DNA of 64,000 nt from an uncultured Bacteroidales bacterium (GCA_945787885.1 CALZJF010000002.1:33264-97263), one strand, 5' to 3'; counted from the stretch's first letter, positions 11,376 through 21,093 are shown. Numbers and translations are program-made. Notes: generated by a model not told the origin, from the sequence alone.

Positions 11376-11490
11376 TATGTTTGAAAGCTCTATTTGGATG
11401 CAGGTCTTAGTCCTGAAATAAAGGAGCATGGCGCGGACTATGTGACTGTTTTCAAGGCTAAGACCTGCGCCAAGGAGAGCTTCAAACATA
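11376..11490. repeat. ~41-bp-arm imperfect inverted repeat (115-bp hairpin)
   Basis: Left arm TATGTTTGAAAGCTCTATTTGGATGCAGGTCTTAGTCCTGAAA versus the reverse complement of the right arm, TATGTTTGAAGCTCTCCTTGGCGCAGGTCTTAGCCTTGAAA. Confidence 0.75.
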
Positions 11491-11521
11491 CAAGCCATGA
11501 TGATTCCTACTATATACTTAC

Positions 11522-11598
11522 GGTAGGTTCTATCAATTAGTTTTCAATGTAAAGCAGAAACACTGCCTTACATTGAAAACTAATTGATAGAACCTACC
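11522..11598. mobile_element. MITE copy 3 (77 bp), symmetric variant built from two left-type halves, no TSD
   Basis: 31-bp perfect inverted repeat GGTAGGTTCTATCAATTAGTTTTCAATGTAA. Flanks TTAC and TATA differ. Confidence 0.75.
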
Positions 11599-11648
11599 TA
11601 TAACAAGTATCATGCGTCGATGGTGAAAGAGCAGAAAACATTTTCACC

Positions 11649-12245
11649 ATGAAATTCCCTTATTATATTATAGGAGTGGCGCTGCTCGCCGCCCTCCTCT
11701 TCGGCATTGGCCAGCGGGCTGCCGTACGACGGCTTACGACGGAAAAGGAACGCCTGCAACTCAACCAGCAGGCACTGTTGAGCCGCATCGAGCGTTATCG
11801 GACGGACAGCGGACGCTCCGCCATCGCCTGCCAACGCCTGACACTGCACCACGAGGAGCTGCGGGCGGCAAAGGCTGAACTGGCGGCGGAGGTGAAGGCT
11901 CTGCGCATACGGCTCAGCCGCGTGGAGAGCATCGCAAAGACGGCATCGCGCAGCGAACTGCGGTTTGTGGCACCGCTGACGGACACGATGCTTGTCGGCA
12001 TGGCAGACTCCTGCCCGCAACGCCTCCTGACATGGCGCGACGCCTGGACGGAGGTGCGGGGCTGCATCCGCCGCGATTCTGCCGAGGTCAGCATCCTCTC
12101 GCGCGACACGCTGGTGCAGATAGTTCACCGCGTGCCGCACCGCTGGTGGTTCTTCCGCTGGGGAACGCGCGCCATCCGGCAGGAGGTGGTGAGCCGCAAC
12201 CCTCACACGCAGCTGGTCTATACGGAATATCTGCGGCTGGAATAG
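11649..12245 (+). CDS. DUF6549-like membrane-anchored coiled-coil protein typical of Bacteroidales phage lysis regions (possible spanin-like)
   Basis: N-terminal TM segment, coiled coil, C-terminal RDTLVQIVHRVPHRWWFFRWGTRAIRQEVVSRNPH. Family assignment from recall. Confidence 0.6.
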   Translation: MKFPYYIIGVALLAALLFGIGQRAAVRRLTTEKERLQLNQQALLSRIERYRTDSGRSAIACQRLTLHHEELRAAKAELAAEVKALRIRLSRVESIAKTASRSELRFVAPLTDTMLVGMADSCPQRLLTWRDAWTEVRGCIRRDSAEVSILSRDTLVQIVHRVPHRWWFFRWGTRAIRQEVVSRNPHTQLVYTEYLRLE

Positions 12246-12259
12246 CCGACGGACAGCGT

Positions 12260-12308
12260 AAAAAAACTCCGCATCGCCCCCCTCGTCGGGGGAACGGTGC
12301 GGAGTTTT
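12260..12308. terminator. Bidirectional terminator between convergent genes
   Basis: AAAACTCCGCATCG...CGGTGCGGAGTTTT stem. Confidence 0.8.
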
Positions 12309-12344
12309 CTTGTGTGTATATAAATTCTATATAAGAGGAGGCGT

Positions 12345-13937
12345 TTAGAAGAGCACCTTCTTACCATTGACGATGTAGAGGCCCTGGCTGGCGCGTACAA
12401 CTCGGCGACCGGCAATGTCGAAGATGGCGGCCGGCTGAGCTGCATCGCCGACGACGGTCTCTATGCCGGTCTTCTGCTCGGTGCTGCCATTGAGGGAGTA
12501 GATATAGTTGCCCTTGTTCATCTCGTGGGTGCCGTTGTAGTTGTAGAGCTCGCCATAAACCACGACTTCATCGCCGATTTTGAAATAATCGTCAGAGGTG
12601 ATGTCCTCACCGCCGATGCCGTAGCCCTGATAGACTTCGAGCTGGCCCTCTTCAGTAGCATCGTCGCTGATGAAATAGATGGCATTGGTGTAGTTGCCGG
12701 CGATTGACTGGATTTTGCTGATAAGGCCCTTCACATACACCTTCTTCGAGAGGTCGCTCTTGGGGTCTTCAATCAGTTCGTGAGCGCGAGCCACGCTGTA
12801 GGCCGTCGCGGGAGTATTGCTGATGTCGGTCAGCTCCACTTCCTGCACGAGCTTCACATCCGTGACAACGACGTTCACAAACTTCTTGCTGCTGACGTAG
12901 AGAGCGAAGCCAGTGATGTCATACTCGCTGCCGTTCGAGAGCTGTTCCTTCAGCTCTGCCGAGGGGGAAACGATGCTGCCGACGGCGGTCTCTGCCCCTT
13001 CGACGCTGACATTGTAGTAGTTGCCGGAGATATTGAGGGTGCCGCGGAACTTGATATAGTCGATTTCAGGCTCTGCCACCCATCCGTCGAGGTCTGCGCC
13101 CGTCATGACGGTGGGAGTAGGATAGCTGACGGTGCCGGATCCGAGGATATTCAGCATGGGACTGTTGAACTGATTGAAGCCACCATAGGTGGAAATCTCG
13201 CCCTGAACGCTCACCTTGTCGCCCACAGACAGCAATACTTCGGGGAGCCAGACGGGCTTGAAGCAGAACATATAGCCCGTTTCGTCGCCCAGGACGATGC
13301 TGTTGCTGTTCTGTGCCATCACGCTGCCATCTACCTGGGCCTTTACGCCCACCTCAGCGGCGAGGGCTTCGGCAACGGTCATCTTCTCGTAGGTGTCTTC
13401 TGAAGGCTCTTCGCCCTTCTCAGTCAGAACGAGGGAGGCATCATCGACGACGGCATTGGCAAGGGAGTTCTTTGAAACCATGACAACAACGCAAACGCGG
13501 CTGGCAGCGGCGAGCTTGAAGGAGTAGCTGACCTTCGTCCAGTCGGCAGCAGCATTCACTTCATCACCATAAACATAGGTGCCGACCTTGTTGTCAGCAT
13601 TGACGGGGACATAGCCTGCCTTTACGACAGTGCTTGACTCGGCATCTGCGCACTTGGCGTAGAAGGAGATTTCATAGGTGCCGGCTTCGAGGTCGAGCTC
13701 CTTGTAGGCAAGGCGCATGTTCTTAGCAGCCTTCGTCAGCTCTACGGCATACGTGCCGCCGTGGGCTGCCGTGGTTTTCGTGAGGGTGGCGTTGGAGGCG
13801 GTAGAGGCCGACTTCCAGTTTACGGGGAGATTGTCGGACTCCCATGTTTCAAAATCGCCGTTCTCAAGCAAATTCGTCTGAGCACTCAGGGTCAGGACGG
13901 AGAAAATGGTGGCAAAAAGGAGTAAAACTTTTTTCAT
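12345..13937 (-). CDS. Secreted protein: CBM4/9-like N-terminal domain, OB-fold domains and a Prevotella-type T9SS C-terminal domain
   Basis: Signal peptide; NLLENGDFETW (CBM_4_9-like); OB-like LSVGDKVSVQGEISTYGG and FKIGDEVVVYGELYNY; C-terminus IFDIAGRRV...GLYIVNGKKVLF. Confidence 0.7.
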   Translation of the reverse strand: MKKVLLLFATIFSVLTLSAQTNLLENGDFETWESDNLPVNWKSASTASNATLTKTTAAHGGTYAVELTKAAKNMRLAYKELDLEAGTYEISFYAKCADAESSTVVKAGYVPVNADNKVGTYVYGDEVNAAADWTKVSYSFKLAAASRVCVVVMVSKNSLANAVVDDASLVLTEKGEEPSEDTYEKMTVAEALAAEVGVKAQVDGSVMAQNSNSIVLGDETGYMFCFKPVWLPEVLLSVGDKVSVQGEISTYGGFNQFNSPMLNILGSGTVSYPTPTVMTGADLDGWVAEPEIDYIKFRGTLNISGNYYNVSVEGAETAVGSIVSPSAELKEQLSNGSEYDITGFALYVSSKKFVNVVVTDVKLVQEVELTDISNTPATAYSVARAHELIEDPKSDLSKKVYVKGLISKIQSIAGNYTNAIYFISDDATEEGQLEVYQGYGIGGEDITSDDYFKIGDEVVVYGELYNYNGTHEMNKGNYIYSLNGSTEQKTGIETVVGDAAQPAAIFDIAGRRVVRASQGLYIVNGKKVLF

Positions 13938-13989
13938 AGTTGATAGAGATTATAATAGAAGTTGGGGTGATTGCTGCTTTTTCAGGCTG

Positions 13990-13997
13990 CAAAGTTA
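13990..13997 (-). promoter_or_regulatory. -7 promoter element (TAACTTTG)
   Basis: TAnnTTTG match 53 bp upstream of the 13937 start. Confidence 0.55.
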
Positions 13998-14082
13998 AGC
14001 CTTATTTTCAGAAAAGTCTCTCAAAAATGGTCAAAAACAGGGTTTGTCATCAATTTTTCATAGGCAAACTGCCGCAGGACGC

Positions 14083-14128
14083 AAAAAAGCGGACAGCCCT
14101 ATCGCTGAAAACGAGAGGAACTGTCCGC
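14083..14128 (-). terminator. Terminator after the POT transporter
   Basis: GCGGACAG/CTGTCCGC stem followed by T6 on the minus strand. Confidence 0.6.
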
Positions 14129-14160
14129 CTGCAGGGGGAAAAAGAGGGGGAAGAGGAGGA

Positions 14161-15702
14161 TTATGCCACCTTCTCCAACTTCTTGAGAATGGTGAAGATG
14201 AAGAGTGCGGAGACGAGACAGATGCCTGCGAGCACGCTCCAGATGACTACGAGATTAACGTTTGCACCCCACATCAGACCGGGAATCATGACGAGCTGGT
14301 TGCCAATGGCAGTTGCTGCAAACCAAAGTCCCATCATCAAGCCGGCATACTTCGGGGGAGCCACCTTGCTGACGAAGCTGATGCCGATGGGCGAAAGAAG
14401 AAGCTCGGCGAAGGTCAGGACGAGATAGGTAGAAATCAGCCAGTTGGCATCCACGCGCGCCACTTCCTCGCCGGCTTTTATAGCCGCAGCCTGATCAACG
14501 GGCAAAGCCAGTCCGACCGAACCTGCTGCCATGAGGCAGAAGGCAGAGGCAGCGACGAGCATACCCAGACCTATCTTCTTCGGACTGGAAGGCTCCAGAC
14601 CTTTGCGGCCCAGCCATGAGAAGAGGGCTACGCTGACGGGCGTGAGGGCTACGACATAGCAGGGATTGAACTGCTGGAAGATGGGGGCTTCCACATCTAC
14701 GACAGAAGTTCCGAGCTGCTCCGACTTTACATAGAGGAAGGCGATGGCGGCAACGATGACAAACACGGAGATGCCGCGGCCCTTCAGAGTGGAGCTCTGG
14801 AAAATTCCGAAGAGACCATAGACGATGAAGATGCAAGCCACGAGGTTCGTCACATCGAACGCCATGGCCTGAATGCCTTGCGAGGTGGTGGCGGTGAAAT
14901 CGCGTGCGAAGAGGGTCAGCGTATTGCCGTTCTGATGGAAAGCCATCCAGAAGAAGATGACGACGGCAAAGACGAGGCAGAGGCATACGATGCGCTCCTT
15001 CGTCTCGGCGGGCGAAAGTTCGGGCTGGGCAGCCGTCTGCTTTGCTGCACCGTCGGCCTTCTTGCCCTCCTGAGAGATGACGTGCTTGTAGGTTCCGCTG
15101 AAAGCGTAGTAGATGGCAATGGAGACAATCAGGCTCACGCAGGCTACGGCGAAGGCGAAATGATAGGAGTCGGCCTCGCTCACGCCGAGCTGCGTCTGGG
15201 CATACTGCATCACCTTGATGGCGGCGGTGGGGGCAAACATGGCGCCGATGTTGATGGCCATGTAGAAGAGGGAGAAGCCGCTGTCGCGCTTGTCGGCATA
15301 TTTCGGGTCGTCATACAGACGGCCCACCATCACCTGGAGGTTGCCCTTGAAGAGTCCCGTGCCGAGGCTGACGAGAATGAGGGCAAGCCCCATGGCCGCT
15401 GCAGCGACGAAATTGCTGCCGAGGGGCACGGAAAGGAGGAGATAACCGATGAACATGATGAAAATTCCCGTCGTCACCATGCGCCCGAAGCCGAAACGGT
15501 CAGCGGCGATACCGCCAATGACGGGGAGGAAATAGACCATCATGAGGAATGTGGAATACACACCACTGGCGAAACCCGTCTGCCAGCCGAAGTTGGCTTG
15601 CAGGAAGAGGAGGAAGACGGCCAGCATGGTGTAGTAGCCAAAACGCTCGCCCGTATTGGCCAGCGCGAGAGCCCATAGGCCCTTTGGTTGTCCTTCAAAC
15701 AT
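14161..15702 (-). CDS. Proton-dependent oligopeptide (POT/PTR) MFS transporter
   Basis: ERFGYY (ExxERFxYY-like), GTGLFKGN, GFSLFYMAINIGA (PTR2 signature), ELLLSPIG. Confidence 0.92.
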   Translation of the reverse strand: MFEGQPKGLWALALANTGERFGYYTMLAVFLLFLQANFGWQTGFASGVYSTFLMMVYFLPVIGGIAADRFGFGRMVTTGIFIMFIGYLLLSVPLGSNFVAAAAMGLALILVSLGTGLFKGNLQVMVGRLYDDPKYADKRDSGFSLFYMAINIGAMFAPTAAIKVMQYAQTQLGVSEADSYHFAFAVACVSLIVSIAIYYAFSGTYKHVISQEGKKADGAAKQTAAQPELSPAETKERIVCLCLVFAVVIFFWMAFHQNGNTLTLFARDFTATTSQGIQAMAFDVTNLVACIFIVYGLFGIFQSSTLKGRGISVFVIVAAIAFLYVKSEQLGTSVVDVEAPIFQQFNPCYVVALTPVSVALFSWLGRKGLEPSSPKKIGLGMLVAASAFCLMAAGSVGLALPVDQAAAIKAGEEVARVDANWLISTYLVLTFAELLLSPIGISFVSKVAPPKYAGLMMGLWFAATAIGNQLVMIPGLMWGANVNLVVIWSVLAGICLVSALFIFTILKKLEKVA

Positions 15703-15787
15703 AGAAATTGTGTGTTGGTGGTTTTGGAATGTGGTTTTGGAATATTATTTGATTGTCATGTTATTGTCTCTCTATATATGTACGCTG

Positions 15788-18673
15788 CTACAGCAGGTCT
15801 TTGAGGAATTTCGCCGTATAGCCTTTCCCCCGTGCCACCACCTCCTCGGGTGTTCCCGTTGCCACGAGTTGTCCGCCGCCGCGTCCGCCCTCCGGCCCGA
15901 TGTCGATGAGATGGTCGGCCATCTTGACGACATCCAGGTTATGCTCGATGACGATGACGGTATTGCCCTTGTCGATAAGGCGCTGCAAGACCTGGAGGAG
16001 GATGCGGATATCCTCGAAGTGCAGCCCCGTCGTGGGCTCGTCGAGGATGAAGACGGTGCGCCCCGTATCGCGCTTCGAAAGTTCGGTGGCGAGCTTCACA
16101 CGCTGGCTTTCACCTCCCGAGAGCGTGGTGGAAGATTGCCCCAGACGGATGTAGCCCAGCCCCACTTCCTGCAGCGTCTTGATTTTCTGCAGGATGGTCG
16201 GGACGTTTTCAAAAAACTCCACGGCCTGGTTGATGGTCATATCGAGCACATCGGCAATGCTTTTGCCCTTATAGCGCACTTCGAGCGTCTCGCGGTTATA
16301 GCGGCGTCCGCGGCAAGCCTCGCAACGCACGAAGACATCGGGGAGGAAATTCATCTCTATCGTCTTGTAACCGTTGCCGCGGCAAGCCTCGCAGCGACCT
16401 CCTTTCACATTGAAGGAGAAGCGGCCGGGCTTGTAGGCGCGCATCTTTGACTCAGGAAGGGCTGCGAAGAGATTGCGAATATCGTTGAAGACTCCTGTAT
16501 AAGTGGCTGGATTGGAGCGAGGCATACGGCCGATGGGACTCTGATCGACGGCCACAACCTTGTCGATATGCTCCAAACCTTCGATGGAATCGTAGGAAAG
16601 CGGCTCGCGGAGGGAGCGATAGAAGTGCTGACTGAGGATGGGGAGAAGCGTATCATTGATGAGGGTTGACTTTCCACTACCCGAGACACCCGTCACACAA
16701 ATCAGCGTGCCCAAGGGGAAGCTGACGCTGATGTCCTGCAGATTGTTGCCGCAGCAGCCGTGAAGGGTGAGGCACTGTCCGTTCCCTTTCCGCCGTTCTG
16801 CAGGGACTTCGATGCGGCGCGTCCCATTGAGATAGCCAGAGGTCAATGTATCGCAGCGGAGCATCTCCTGCGGTGTGCCCTGAAAGACCACTTCTCCACC
16901 CTTGCGTCCTGCCTTCGGACCGATATCAACGATATAATCTGCAGCGAGCATCATATCTTGGTCGTGCTCGACAACGACGACGGTGTTGCCACTGTCGCGG
17001 AGCTGCTTCAGGCTCTCTATGAGACGAATATTGTCGCGCTGATGGAGTCCGATGCTGGGCTCATCGAGGATATAGAGGACATTGACCAACTGCGAGCCTA
17101 TCTGCGTGGCAAGCCGTATGCGCTGGCTTTCGCCGCCCGAGAGGGTCTTCGTGGCGCGCGAGAGACTGAGATAGTCCAGCCCGACATTCAGGAGGAAGCG
17201 CAGACGCGTGCGGATTTCTTTCAGGATTTCTGTGGCGACGGCGCGCTCACGGGCAGAGAGGTTTTCCTCGATTCCATCGAAGAAATCATAGAGTTCGCCC
17301 AAGTCCATCGCACTGAGTTCTCCGATGTTCTTCCCGCCGAAACGATAGGAGAGGGCTTCGCGGTTCAGGCGCGTGCCGTGACAGTGCGGGCATTCCACCT
17401 CTTTCGAGAATTGCTCTGCCCAACGCTGAGCTGCCGCCGACATTTCTACGTCTGCCATCTGCTCCACATATTTCGCCAAACCATCGAAAGGAAGATAGTA
17501 GTCTTCGTCGCTGCCCGTGGCGGCAGCAGGAATACGCAGGCTCTCGCTACTGCCGTTGATGATTTCATCGACAGCCTCCTCCGGCAATTCCTGAAATGGC
17601 GTATTGCGGTCTGCATCATACTTCTGCAATACTGCTTCCACTTTCCAGAAAATCAGGTTGTTGCGCCATTTCCCCAAAGGTTCCAAAGCTCCCTCGCGAA
17701 TGCTCTTTGAAGGGTCGGGACACACTTTCTCAATGTCCATGGCGTGGAGGAAGCCCAAACCTTTGCATTTCGGGCAAGCTCCGAGAGTGGAATTGAAGGA
17801 AAAGACGTTCGGCGCAGGCTCGCGGTAGGCAATTCCCGTGACGGGACACATCAGACGTCGGCTGAAATAGCGCACTTGCTGCGTGGCATCATCAAGGATG
17901 AGCAGGAGTCCGTCGCCCTGATCGAGAGTTTTCGTCACAGACTGTCTAAGGCGCTCTCCGTCTTTGGCCTGCACACGGAGTTTATCGACGACGACTTCTA
18001 TGTCGTGAGTCTTATAGCGGTCGAGTTTCATGCCGCGATCTACGGTGCGAAGCTCGCCATCGACGCGGACATGAATGTAGCCTTTGCGCAACACGGTCTC
18101 GAAGACTTCGCGATAATGGCCCTTGCGGTTCTGCACCAGAGGGGAGAGGAGATAGATGCGATGCCCATCGTAGTCGCGGAGTATCATATCCACAATCTTC
18201 TCTTCCGTATATTTCACCATCGGCTCACCGCTAAGATAAGAGTAGGCGGTGGCGGCGCGGGCGTAGAGAAGACGGAGAAAATCATAGACCTCCGTGACGG
18301 TACCCACAGTGGAACGCGGATTTTTGTTCGTCGTCTTCTGCTCAATACTGATGACGGGCGACAGTCCGGTGATTTTATCAACATCGGGTCGCTCCAGATT
18401 TCCGAGAAAATTTCGGGCATAGGCTGAAAACGTCTCGATATACCGCCGCTGTCCTTCGGCATAGAGCGTATCAAAGGCTAAGCTTGACTTGCCACTGCCC
18501 GACAGCCCTGTGATAACGGTCAGGCATCGGCGTGGGATGGTCACGTCGATATTCTTCAGGTTGTGGACGCGTGCGCCCCACACCTCTATGTTGTCCTGTT
18601 TATGCTTGTTTTCTTCTGCCATCGTTTCTGTGCCGACACCGTAAGAATTAGCGATTTCATCGTCAGTTTTCAT
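15788..18673 (-). CDS. uvrA: Excinuclease ABC subunit A (start may be the ATG at 18622)
   Basis: GARVHNLKN, GLSGSGKSS, YAEGQRRY, two LSGGESQR signatures, Zn fingers, GPEGG. Confidence 0.97.
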   Translation of the reverse strand: MKTDDEIANSYGVGTETMAEENKHKQDNIEVWGARVHNLKNIDVTIPRRCLTVITGLSGSGKSSLAFDTLYAEGQRRYIETFSAYARNFLGNLERPDVDKITGLSPVISIEQKTTNKNPRSTVGTVTEVYDFLRLLYARAATAYSYLSGEPMVKYTEEKIVDMILRDYDGHRIYLLSPLVQNRKGHYREVFETVLRKGYIHVRVDGELRTVDRGMKLDRYKTHDIEVVVDKLRVQAKDGERLRQSVTKTLDQGDGLLLILDDATQQVRYFSRRLMCPVTGIAYREPAPNVFSFNSTLGACPKCKGLGFLHAMDIEKVCPDPSKSIREGALEPLGKWRNNLIFWKVEAVLQKYDADRNTPFQELPEEAVDEIINGSSESLRIPAAATGSDEDYYLPFDGLAKYVEQMADVEMSAAAQRWAEQFSKEVECPHCHGTRLNREALSYRFGGKNIGELSAMDLGELYDFFDGIEENLSARERAVATEILKEIRTRLRFLLNVGLDYLSLSRATKTLSGGESQRIRLATQIGSQLVNVLYILDEPSIGLHQRDNIRLIESLKQLRDSGNTVVVVEHDQDMMLAADYIVDIGPKAGRKGGEVVFQGTPQEMLRCDTLTSGYLNGTRRIEVPAERRKGNGQCLTLHGCCGNNLQDISVSFPLGTLICVTGVSGSGKSTLINDTLLPILSQHFYRSLREPLSYDSIEGLEHIDKVVAVDQSPIGRMPRSNPATYTGVFNDIRNLFAALPESKMRAYKPGRFSFNVKGGRCEACRGNGYKTIEMNFLPDVFVRCEACRGRRYNRETLEVRYKGKSIADVLDMTINQAVEFFENVPTILQKIKTLQEVGLGYIRLGQSSTTLSGGESQRVKLATELSKRDTGRTVFILDEPTTGLHFEDIRILLQVLQRLIDKGNTVIVIEHNLDVVKMADHLIDIGPEGGRGGGQLVATGTPEEVVARGKGYTAKFLKDLL

Positions 18674-18676
18674 CCA

Positions 18677-19441
18677 CTAAACGCCTCCTCCCGTCATGCT
18701 TTCCTTGAAGCCTCTGAGCAGATTGATGGTCTTCTTGTAATGATACGTCAATCCGTCTGCACCTTTGGCGTTGATGATGAGATAGTAAGCCCCATCTGGT
18801 GCGGCTGTTCCTCCCTTACCATTCATCGTCCCGTCCCACCCGTCGGCAGGATCATTCCATTCATAGATTTTCCGACCACTTCTGCTGAAGACAACAGCGC
18901 GAAATTCCACAATACTCTCATAGCCTTCCTTCACACGGAACACATCATTGATGCCGTCGCCGTTAGGAGTGAAGGCGTTCGGCACCTCCAACTTACTCTC
19001 GGCAATGTTAATGACAAAGGGTTCGTCCATCTCGTATTCCAAAGTATCACCGCCGGCAGTGAAGGTGACAAAGAGACTGACATACGAAGTGCCGCTCTCC
19101 ACGAAGCGATACTCCGTGTTCTCTTCAAAACGCGTGAGGAAGGGCGTTGCACTGCCATCTTTGAGGAATCGCCACTCATAGCGCGCCTGATATTTTCCCA
19201 AATTCTCCGGCCGTGCCTCAAACCGCACGCTGAAGGGCGCACCTCCGGCATACGATATAGCATCGCTGACCTCTTGTCCGTCATCATCTATATATATCAT
19301 CACAGGCGCGGCAGAGGGATAGTCCACCTCGTCAGCTGCCAGCGCGACAGCTGAAAACAAAGCGAGAACGGCGAGGTACGCCAGCTTGTATCCTGCCAAA
19401 GCAAATAAGCGCAGAAGGATAATCGGGGAGAGTTTTGGCAT
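18677..19441 (-). CDS. T9SS type B (gliding-motility-associated/CHU_C) C-terminal domain protein with PKD-like domain
   Basis: Signal peptide; LEVPNAFTPNGDGINDVF, WDGT, DGAYY..I. The ATG at 19441 is supported by TATTTTTG at 19463-19470. Confidence 0.8.
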   Translation of the reverse strand: MPKLSPIILLRLFALAGYKLAYLAVLALFSAVALAADEVDYPSAAPVMIYIDDDGQEVSDAISYAGGAPFSVRFEARPENLGKYQARYEWRFLKDGSATPFLTRFEENTEYRFVESGTSYVSLFVTFTAGGDTLEYEMDEPFVINIAESKLEVPNAFTPNGDGINDVFRVKEGYESIVEFRAVVFSRSGRKIYEWNDPADGWDGTMNGKGGTAAPDGAYYLIINAKGADGLTYHYKKTINLLRGFKESMTGGGV

Positions 19442-19534
19442 AACGCGGGGAATTTCGAACCGCAAAAATACGACAAACGCGAGTAAAATCAAAAAAATAT
19501 GTTCTCTTTTCTTTGGTTTTCAGTGTCTATTTGC

Positions 19535-19542
19535 TAAATTTG
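19535..19542 (+). promoter_or_regulatory. -7 promoter element (TAAATTTG) for tRNA-Leu
   Basis: TAnnTTTG match 11 bp upstream of the tRNA. Confidence 0.65.
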
Positions 19543-19553
19543 CACGCAAAAAT

Positions 19554-19634
19554 GCGCTTGTGGCGAAATGGTAGACGCGCCAGACTTAGGATCTGGTGTC
19601 TCGCGACGTAGGGGTTCGAGTCCCCTCAAGCGCA
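19554..19634 (+). tRNA. tRNA-Leu (anticodon TAG); CCA not encoded
   Basis: Acceptor stem GCGCTTG/CAAGCGC, D-loop GGTAGAC, anticodon arm CCAGA-CTTAGGA-TCTGG, long variable arm, T-loop GTTCGAG. Confidence 0.95.
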
Positions 19635-19645
19635 CAGATTCCGCG

Positions 19646-19687
19646 AGGTAACTGCTGGTTCTTCAAGTGCCTGCGGTTACCTTTTTT
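19646..19687 (+). terminator. Terminator after tRNA-Leu
   Basis: AGGTAACTGC/GCGGTTACCT stem followed by a T run. Confidence 0.65.
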
Positions 19688-19792
19688 CCTTATTAGCCGG
19701 GAGCCGTGGCAGCTTGTATCCCCATTTTCAATTCTTTACATCCTCAGCCATCTCCTCCCCCCAAATAATGCATATTCCCCCTAATAGTATAT

Positions 19793-21040
19793 ATGAGTTC
19801 TGAGAAAATCTTCGAGGTGATGGCCCCTGTAGGGTCTCGCGAAAGTCTCGCCGCCGCTCTTCAGGCAGGTGCCGACTCGGTGTATTTCGGCATCGAGACG
19901 CTCAATATGCGCGCGCACTCTGCCAGCCGCTTCACGAAAGCCGACCTGGCAGAGATAGCCGCCACATGCCGCGAGCGAGGTGTAAAGACATACCTCACCG
20001 TCAACACCATCATCTACGGCGAAGACCTCGACCCCATGCGTTCCATCTGCGATGCCGCCAAGGCAGCGGGCATCAGTGCCGTCATTGCAGCTGATGTGGC
20101 AGTGCTAACGTATTGCCGTTCCATCGGTCAGGAGGTGCATCTTTCCACCCAACTCAACATCTCCAATGCCGAAGCCCTGAAGTTCTATGCCGCCTATGCC
20201 GATGTCGTCGTCTTGGCGCGCGAACTGAAGTTGCAGCAGGTGCGCGATATTGCCGATGTCATCGAGCGCGAAAACATCTGCGGGCCTTCTGGCAAGAAGA
20301 TTCGAATAGAGATGTTCTGCCATGGTGCACTCTGCATGGCAGTCAGCGGCAAATGTTACCTCTCGCTCGACAATACCGGTCGCTCCGCGAACCGTGGCGA
20401 ATGTATGCAGATCTGCCGCCGCGGATATACCGTCCGCGACCGCGAGACGGGGCTGGAATTAGACCTTGACGGCAAATACATCATGTCGCCGAAAGATTTG
20501 AAAACCATCGGTTTCATCGATAAAATGATGCGCGCTGGCGTTACGGTCTTCAAAATCGAAGGGCGTGCGCGCAGCGCGGAATACGTTTATACCGTTGTGA
20601 AATGCTACAAAGAGGCCATTGCCAGCGTCGTTGATGGCACTTTCTCTGCTGAGAAGGTCGCAGCGTGGGACAAACGCCTTGCCACCGTCTTCAACCGTGG
20701 CTTCTGGGATGGCTATTATCTGGGGCAACGCCTTGGAGAATGGAGCAATCAGTACGGCAGCAGCGCAACGGAGAAGAAAGTCTATATCGGCAAGGGGCAG
20801 AAGTATTTCTCGCGGTTAGGCGTGGCTGAGTTCTACATCGAAACGGGAGAGTTCCGGCCGGGCGACCGTCTGCTCATCATCGGTCCCACAACGGGTGCGC
20901 TCTACGTCACTCCAGAAAGCGTCCATGCCGATAGCGGTCCCATCGAAGTAGCACGGAAAGGCATGTGCGTTGCCATTCCTGTTCCTGAAAAGGTGCGTCC
21001 TTCAGACAAACTCTACAAGCTCGTGCCGTCCGACCTCTAA
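19793..21040 (+). CDS. U32 'peptidase' family protein (Fe-S, TrhP/RlhA-like RNA hydroxylase family)
   Basis: AGADSVYFG, HLSTQ, CHGALC..SGKC, NRGEC.Q.CRR, MSPKDL, KIEGR. Confidence 0.9.
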   Translation: MSSEKIFEVMAPVGSRESLAAALQAGADSVYFGIETLNMRAHSASRFTKADLAEIAATCRERGVKTYLTVNTIIYGEDLDPMRSICDAAKAAGISAVIAADVAVLTYCRSIGQEVHLSTQLNISNAEALKFYAAYADVVVLARELKLQQVRDIADVIERENICGPSGKKIRIEMFCHGALCMAVSGKCYLSLDNTGRSANRGECMQICRRGYTVRDRETGLELDLDGKYIMSPKDLKTIGFIDKMMRAGVTVFKIEGRARSAEYVYTVVKCYKEAIASVVDGTFSAEKVAAWDKRLATVFNRGFWDGYYLGQRLGEWSNQYGSSATEKKVYIGKGQKYFSRLGVAEFYIETGEFRPGDRLLIIGPTTGALYVTPESVHADSGPIEVARKGMCVAIPVPEKVRPSDKLYKLVPSDL

Positions 21041-21093
21041 GCCGAGACGATGCGAACGCCACGATACCAGAATAACCTTACTATACTATAAAC

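Noticed and set aside
5255-12245. Intact prophage around the GH108 and DUF6549-like genes
   Set aside because: The intervening genes are kbl, tdh and asnB; no integrase, terminase or structural genes are present.
19554-19790. tRNA-Leu as an island integration site
   Set aside because: I saw no duplicated tRNA 3' end or integrase; a terminator and housekeeping genes follow.
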